IMG/VR virus record: IMGVR_UViG_3300037483_001167
Location: 1 to 37,184 of that record
Source: a virus
Lineage: Duplodnaviria; Caudoviricetes
Length of the DNA stretch: 37,184 nt
Strand: one strand, 5' to 3'
Part shown: positions 32,744 through 37,184 of the stretch, piece after piece
Position numbering within the stretch: position 1 is the first letter of the stretch
Layout of the letters: each line of letters begins with the position of its first letter
Translations under genes and position numbers: made by a program
The notes under the pieces: generated by a model
What the model was told of the DNA's origin: nothing
Databases searched by the model: none
Seen by the model: only the letters and a program-made list of their open reading frames with translations

Positions 32744-33208
32744 TCAGTTCAGCTTGATGAAGCCCTCGTTCGCGCGGGCGTCCGGCCCCTCGGTCGTCAC
32801 CGTCGCCACTTTGGTGCCGTCGATGAATACATCCGCCTCCGTATTGGGACGAAACTCCGGTATCCGCGGCGGCATGTCGAAGACCGACCCGATCTTCGAC
32901 TGGATGATCGACAACAGGCGGTTCACCGTATCCCAGTCCTGGGTCATCCCCAGAAACTCCGCCACGTCTCGCGCCTTCACCAGGGCGGTGAACTGCGCCG
33001 CCGTCACCTGCTTGCCCATGTCCTCGATCCAGACCACGTCCTCGTTGTTGTCCTTCGACGAATCCGGCCAGTACTCGTGCAGGGTGTTCATGGGCAGGAT
33101 GGCGCTGCGACCCAGCAGCCCCTTGCGGTAGAGAAACAGCGCCTGCTCGTCGTCGGCTCCGACGTAGCCCAGCTTGAAGCGAAGATCCGAATACAACCAG
33201 ATACCCAT
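32744..33208 (-). CDS. Hypothetical protein upstream of portal (154 aa)
   Basis: AGGGAG RBS, high GC3, tight spacing to portal. Confidence 0.75.
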   Translation of the reverse strand: MGIWLYSDLRFKLGYVGADDEQALFLYRKGLLGRSAILPMNTLHEYWPDSSKDNNEDVVWIEDMGKQVTAAQFTALVKARDVAEFLGMTQDWDTVNRLLSIIQSKIGSVFDMPPRIPEFRPNTEADVFIDGTKVATVTTEGPDARANEGFIKLN

Positions 33209-33221
33209 GAAGTGCTCCCTG

Positions 33222-33268
33222 AAAAAAGAAAAAGCGCCTACCGATCGATGTTGCCGTCAGTAGGCGCT
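33222..33268 (-). terminator. Intrinsic terminator in the leader of the head operon
   Basis: Minus strand AGCGCCTACTGA...TCGGTAGGCGCT stem followed by TTTTCTTTTTT. Confidence 0.8.
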
Positions 33269-33279
33269 CTGTGGCGCTC
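33263..33279 (-). promoter_or_regulatory. Putative Com-binding RNA site GAGCGCC-ACA-GAGCGCC
   Basis: Direct 7-mer repeat about 60 nt downstream of a Com-like gene; second copy forms the 5' base of the terminator stem. Confidence 0.6.
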
Positions 33280-33335
33280 GCAGAATTGTTGTTTTCGGGA
33301 ATCTTGCACAACATAATCCGCCATGCAAGAAAAAA

Positions 33336-33542
33336 TTACGCAGGATTTCTCACTAGCGAAAAGATCTTCTCCCCGATCATGATCCGCGCCTGGTCGATCG
33401 GCATCGTCCGGTCCACCAGGATCACGTACGAGCCGACCACCGAACCCTCCACCCGGGCCTTGCAGCGCGGACAGACGATCTCGAACCCGCCTGACGCCTT
33501 CCCGATCAGCCGTTGACACTTGGGGCAGCGGATATCATTCAT
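33336..33542 (-). CDS. Mu Com-like zinc-finger regulator (68 aa)
   Basis: MNDIRCPKCQRLIGKASGGFEIVCPRCK fits IRC..C.+LL.+...EIKCPRC; ATGA overlap with upstream gene. Confidence 0.75.
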   Translation of the reverse strand: MNDIRCPKCQRLIGKASGGFEIVCPRCKARVEGSVVGSYVILVDRTMPIDQARIMIGEKIFSLVRNPA

Positions 33543-33853
33543 TGTTTCACCTTGTCGAAAACCAGCCTGCGCATATCCTCCAGGTGGAAGGAGGTCGCCT
33601 TGAGTGCTCCTGCCGAATCGACGGCGTCCGTGGGCCTCAGGCCGATGGCGTACAGTTCGTCCATCAGTGCTTGTGCTGTCTCCCCGGTGAGAACAATCGT
33701 AGGCTCGACGTAGATATCCGGTGCCACCTCCGTAAAGACCAGATTTCCGGCCACGGACTTGATGTCCCCATCGCAATCCAGCTGGGCAATCAATAAATCG
33801 ACGCCAGCGTGGAAGGATGGACGGCGGGCCAAAACTCTTAACCTTCTTTTCAT
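33539..33853 (-). CDS. Phage hypothetical protein (104 aa)
   Basis: ATG 33853 with AGGAGG RBS; AQALMDELY.IGLRP...HLEDMRRLVF. Confidence 0.75.
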   Translation of the reverse strand: MKRRLRVLARRPSFHAGVDLLIAQLDCDGDIKSVAGNLVFTEVAPDIYVEPTIVLTGETAQALMDELYAIGLRPTDAVDSAGALKATSFHLEDMRRLVFDKVKQ

Positions 33854-33990
33854 CGCGTGCCTCCTGACCTCGATTGAAAAACTTCCCGGCGTGCCGGCCT
33901 TGTCATCGGCGTGGCGCCGGGTCCACATCTATCCGCGGAAATTTCCCCTTCACGGGGCCCCCTCTTGCAGGCCGGCAGGCGCGGGGGTTG

Positions 33991-35520
33991 CTATGCTGTC
34001 TTCCATGATCTCTGTCCCCGCCCGCCGCTGCGCGCGCGCTGTTCGCTGCGCTGCTGCGAGAGTCCCGGAGCCATTCCGATTCCCCGGGCCAGGGTCTCTT
34101 TCGAGTCGTACCCGTGGCTGGCCCAATTGTGCACCGGCTTTTCCTTGAAACAGCCCATCGTCTCGTCCCACTCCCGCTTGTAGTTGTCCAGGCAGCGGAT
34201 CAGCGGCGCACACTTCTCCTCATCGATGTAGCACGACGGCAGAAACGATCTCGTCTCGTTGATCGCCGCCATTTTATCCGGAGTGCGCGGCACAGTGAAC
34301 ACGTTAGGAATGAATTCCGAAATCTGCTCCACCAGGGTGCGGCCGTCCTTCGGTTGCTTGTGTCCCGCATCGTGGGGAAAATAGTTCAGTCCCACCATGT
34401 AGCCGCGCTTCTGGATCTCGGCCCAGTAGTACTCGATCCCCTCGCCGGTGCCGTACATGCAGTCGAAAACCCGGTTCACCAGCCCCTGGCGCTGATGGAA
34501 GACGATCCACATCTCGTCATTCACCCCGATGTCCCAGGCCGTATTCACCGGCAGCGTCGGCAGATAGGGGACGCGGGCGATCTGCCCGTTCTTGCGCAGG
34601 TGCGCCATCTGCTTGGCCAGGTACGCCCCTTCAACCGCCGCCTTGAACGCCTCCTCCGGCGTCGAGGGATGCTCCCGGAAGATCATGTCCTTGAGCGTCC
34701 GCGACTTCGCCGAGTACCAGCACTGCTGCCCCTCGTCCAGGGCAATACCGTGCTTCGTTTTCAACTCGAAAAAATACTGCGCCAGCTCCTTGGTAATGAT
34801 CTCGCTCCCCGCCGGCAGCCGGTTGCGCTTCTCCTCGTGCCAGGCGTAGAAGTGAAACTTGTAGGCCATCTGATGCAGGGCCCGCCCTTCCTCCGCCCAC
34901 TTGCGGGCCGACTCGCTCATCTCGAAGAACGGTCCCTCCGATCCTTCCGCCGTGCTCTCGATAAAGACGAACGATCCCGCATGGACCGTCTCCAGCGAGC
35001 CCGAGACGATCTCCTGCGCCCGGTTCGGGAAGCGGGCGCAGATCTTGCCGAACTCCGAGATATGCAAAAACTGGCAGGTCCCCGAGCGCAGCGAATACGC
35101 CACCTCGACGGACGATCCGTTGGGAAAGGAGAGCATGCGGCTGTTCGACTTGTCCGCCGGTCGCGCCGTCTTCAGTCCTTCCGGCAGCTTCTTGTAAGGG
35201 AAGAGCACCTTCCGGTCGAAAATCTTGCCCACGTCCGGCATCGTCTGGGCGATGATTCCCACCGTCTGGTTGTCACAGAACAGCGCCTGGTCAAGGCCCA
35301 GGATGTCGATGAACGTGGTGAATCCGTGCTGCCTGGATTTCAATATCAGGTTCAGGTACCACAGCTCCTCGTAGAAGCGCTCCTGAGCCGAGTTCATGCA
35401 GAACGGCACCGCCTTCCCCTCGTCCGTGACGATGGTGTAGAGATTGTTCAGGCGCCAGAGACGGTCGCCGAACTTCTCCCTCACTTCGATGCGGGTATAT
35501 TCGCTCGCGGCCATCGTCAT
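33991..35520 (-). CDS. terL: Terminase large subunit
   Basis: WRLNNLY.I, Walker A ILKSRQHGFTT, Walker B LHISEFGK, FIESTAEG, nuclease AWDIG...FPHD...HGYDS. Confidence 0.95.
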   Translation of the reverse strand: MTMAASEYTRIEVREKFGDRLWRLNNLYTIVTDEGKAVPFCMNSAQERFYEELWYLNLILKSRQHGFTTFIDILGLDQALFCDNQTVGIIAQTMPDVGKIFDRKVLFPYKKLPEGLKTARPADKSNSRMLSFPNGSSVEVAYSLRSGTCQFLHISEFGKICARFPNRAQEIVSGSLETVHAGSFVFIESTAEGSEGPFFEMSESARKWAEEGRALHQMAYKFHFYAWHEEKRNRLPAGSEIITKELAQYFFELKTKHGIALDEGQQCWYSAKSRTLKDMIFREHPSTPEEAFKAAVEGAYLAKQMAHLRKNGQIARVPYLPTLPVNTAWDIGVNDEMWIVFHQRQGLVNRVFDCMYGTGEGIEYYWAEIQKRGYMVGLNYFPHDAGHKQPKDGRTLVEQISEFIPNVFTVPRTPDKMAAINETRSFLPSCYIDEEKCAPLIRCLDNYKREWDETMGCFKEKPVHNWASHGYDSKETLARGIGMAPGLSQQRSEQRARSGGRGQRSWKTA

Positions 35521-36161
35521 CAGAACTGCCCGCAGCCCTTCTCTTTCACGATGTCCCGGTGCTCGTGCCGGCCGGAAATTTCGTTGAGCAGATCCGCCAG
35601 TCCCGCAGCACCTTCCTTCGCCGCGTTCACGCCGTCCTTGTGCAGCCCCATGATCCGCGCCATCTCCACGGCGCTGTCATGCCGACGCGGTATTTTAAAC
35701 AGCACCACCGGCGATCCGGCCTTGTCCCTCTGACACTCGAACTCCAGGATCGAAAGCGCCTCCGGATCGATCTCCCGGATCTCCCCGATCGACTTCGGGC
35801 GGTTTTTCGCCTCGTCCAGATAGGTCGTGCGGTCGACCTTCAGCACCCGGCCGTGATACTCGACCAGATCGTCCGCCTGCACCTGAAATCGCCGCCGCTG
35901 CTCCGCCTTGATTTGAGCGATACGCCCGATAACATCAGGATTTGTTAGGAGTTTTGACGCCTCCACTCGCGTTGTTGAATCCTTGACGGTCGGCTTCACA
36001 GCCTTGTAGGCCCGCGCCCCGTTGTCTCCGCGAAAGACGTACTCCCAGCAGAAACGCTCAAGCCACGGCTTCAGCACGATCACCTCGTAGCCCAGCTCCT
36101 CAGCCATCCCCGGCAGCACCTTCTGTCCCGGAACAATGTTTTCTTGCCCAATTTCACCCAT
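35520..36161 (-). CDS. terS: Terminase small subunit
   Basis: ERFCWEYV...NGARAYKAV...ASKLLTNPDV..RI HTH pattern; A.EMARIMG; TGATG overlap with terL. Confidence 0.85.
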   Translation of the reverse strand: MGEIGQENIVPGQKVLPGMAEELGYEVIVLKPWLERFCWEYVFRGDNGARAYKAVKPTVKDSTTRVEASKLLTNPDVIGRIAQIKAEQRRRFQVQADDLVEYHGRVLKVDRTTYLDEAKNRPKSIGEIREIDPEALSILEFECQRDKAGSPVVLFKIPRRHDSAVEMARIMGLHKDGVNAAKEGAAGLADLLNEISGRHEHRDIVKEKGCGQF

Positions 36162-36206
36162 GCTCTCGACCCTTGCGCAACATTCACCACAAAATCAAGA
36201 AAAAAA

Positions 36207-36223
36207 TTCACTAGGATAGTGAA
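36207..36223. promoter_or_regulatory. Operator-like palindrome, copy 4 (perfect TTCACTA-GGA-TAGTGAA)
   Basis: Perfect 7-3-7 inverted repeat upstream of terS. Confidence 0.75.
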
Positions 36224-36227
36224 CAAA

Positions 36228-36256
36228 GAAAGGGCCACTGAAATAGTGGCCCTTTC
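36228..36256 (-). terminator. Intrinsic terminator separating the cassette region from terS
   Basis: GAAAGGGCCACT/AGTGGCCCTTTC 12-bp stem, T-rich tail on minus strand. Confidence 0.75.
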
Positions 36257-36289
36257 GGTTATACCGCCAACTGGCTGTAGAATCAGATG

Positions 36290-36505
36290 TTATATTTCTT
36301 CGCCGTCCGCATCGATCTGTACAAATTCGATACGATGCAGACACTGAACAAAAAATGTTTCACCACAATCACAATTTGGGCATTTCAGTACGCTGTAATC
36401 GCCGTCATCGGTATTGACTTTGCCAACCGTATACTCTCCATGCCACGTTTCGTCGTCGTCAAACTCATAGCTGCAATGGCTGCATGTTGGGCTTTTCGTT
36501 TTCAT
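36290..36505 (-). CDS. Small Cys-rich (zinc-binding) hypothetical protein, cassette-like
   Basis: GGAGGT RBS; CSHC...CPNCDC; low GC; bounded by GTTATAT / ATATAAC. Confidence 0.7.
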   Translation of the reverse strand: MKTKSPTCSHCSYEFDDDETWHGEYTVGKVNTDDGDYSVLKCPNCDCGETFFVQCLHRIEFVQIDADGEEI

Positions 36506-36518
36506 ATCACCTCCAGAA

Positions 36519-36623
36519 ATATAACCATCCAATTCAGCGAACGGAATGGGCTTGACTGCTCCTCGTTAAAATCTCGTTGATCCTCGCCCGGCCCGTCGCC
36601 GTGCGCTGATCGGGGCGTTATGT
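36519..36623 (-). other. attC-like recombination site (105 bp)
   Basis: Minus strand ACATAAC-GCCCCGAT-CAGCGCACGG...CCGTTCGCTG-AATTGGATG-GTTATAT: R''/L''/L'/R' layout forming a long imperfect hairpin right after a stop codon. Confidence 0.7.
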
Positions 36624-36627
36624 GTAT

Positions 36628-36933
36628 CTATCGACGGCGGCGGGTTGCACTTGACGTGCTGCTCGATAGTCCGCCTATCCCCAACATAAAGCCAAAATCG
36701 TACCACCCGCCATTATTGTATATGGCATATATGGCAGTTGAATCGCTAAACAAAGACACGATCCACCCAAAAGGGGCAATCATTCCATGCCAAACCCCAT
36801 ACCAGAAACCAACAGGTTGTGCCTTTGATGCCTGAGTAAATGTCATGGTATCCGCACATCCGGTGAGAGATACACATAACAAAAAAATAAACGCGGACAG
36901 AATGACCATCTGTGCTACTCGATAATTTCCCAT
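36628..36933 (-). CDS. Small membrane lipoprotein-like protein, cassette-like
   Basis: Lipobox LTGC; GFWYGVWHGMIAPF.WIVSLF...IYAIYNNGGWYDFGFMLG; GAGGAG RBS; low GC. Confidence 0.75.
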   Translation of the reverse strand: MGNYRVAQMVILSAFIFLLCVSLTGCADTMTFTQASKAQPVGFWYGVWHGMIAPFGWIVSLFSDSTAIYAIYNNGGWYDFGFMLGIGGLSSSTSSATRRRR

Positions 36934-36970
36934 GTTCTCAATCTCCTCGTTGCTGCCGGTTATTTTGGCG

Positions 36971-37150
36971 TTAGGCGCTTCGATTACCACCAGTTTTGTC
37001 AATAACGATTGGGTCGTTGTGCTGCATGAGTAGCCTCCTGAAATGTTCTTGGTTGGTATATTCCGCGTCCGGGTCTATCCCGTTGCGGAGGAAAAACAGG
37101 TCTTCAAGTTGTATCCCGGCTGCTTCTTCGTGGGCTTCTCTGTTGGTCAT
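36971..37150 (-). CDS. Hypothetical protein (59 aa) MTNREAHEEAAGIQLEDLFFLRNGIDPDAEYTNQEHFRRLLMQHNDPIVIDKTGGNRSA, cassette-like
   Basis: Not in the ORF track; AAGGAGGAG RBS; stop lies inside CGCCTAAC and the unit starts with the complementary GTTAGGCG. Confidence 0.7.
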   Translation of the reverse strand: MTNREAHEEAAGIQLEDLFFLRNGIDPDAEYTNQEHFRRLLMQHNDPIVIDKTGGNRSA

Positions 37151-37184
37151 ATTCTCCTCCTTGGTAAAATCGCCTAACCATAAA

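Larger units (their letters stand above)
261..37184. mobile_element. Integrated prophage (podovirus-like, N4-gp56-type capsid); continues past the right edge
   Basis: att core plus integrase, followed by a contiguous terminase-portal-scaffold-capsid-tail-ejection-lysis gene set. Confidence 0.95.

Noticed and set aside
11990-35733. Long plus-strand ORFs (e.g. 11990..13573, 13371..14957, 18026..19912, 21064..23394, 34114..35733)
   Set aside because: Antisense shadows of high-GC3 minus-strand genes; no motifs or RBS
36628-37002. 124-aa version of the lipoprotein ORF
   Set aside because: The extension overlaps the 59-aa gene and the attC remnant; ATG 36933 has the RBS and gives a proper signal peptide

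Overview
Almost the whole window (about 261 to the right edge) is the left ~37 kb of a GC-rich temperate podovirus-like prophage inserted in a tRNA-Arg(CCG) gene. The displaced 3' half of the tRNA and its terminator lie at 222-307, followed by a tyrosine integrase on the + strand. Everything else is a minus-strand late region. In transcription order it contains: small cassette-like genes with attC-like ends, terS, terL, a Com-like zinc finger, portal, scaffold, a CsrA-like protein, an N4-gp56-type major capsid protein, head-completion and tail genes (one with an SGNH esterase module), internal/ejection proteins, a 3266-aa polyvalent virion protein, and lysis genes. The giant protein carries InPase-like, GGDEF, kinase-like, LPD5/LPD1, two HExxH peptidase and PLxRFG-like regions. 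Most striking observations: (1) four small ORFs, each with a strong Shine-Dalgarno and all in the same +1 frame, nested inside the giant gene beside its enzymatic domains, which may be built-in inhibitors; (2) a GAGCGCC-N3-GAGCGCC Com-type site overlapping an intrinsic terminator in front of the head operon, which suggests Com-dependent antitermination; (3) a CsrA-like gene with GGA-loop hairpins in neighbouring leaders; (4) a 17-bp palindrome repeated four times in late leaders; (5) an integron-cassette-like array. All family assignments come from motif recognition by eye; no database search was run.
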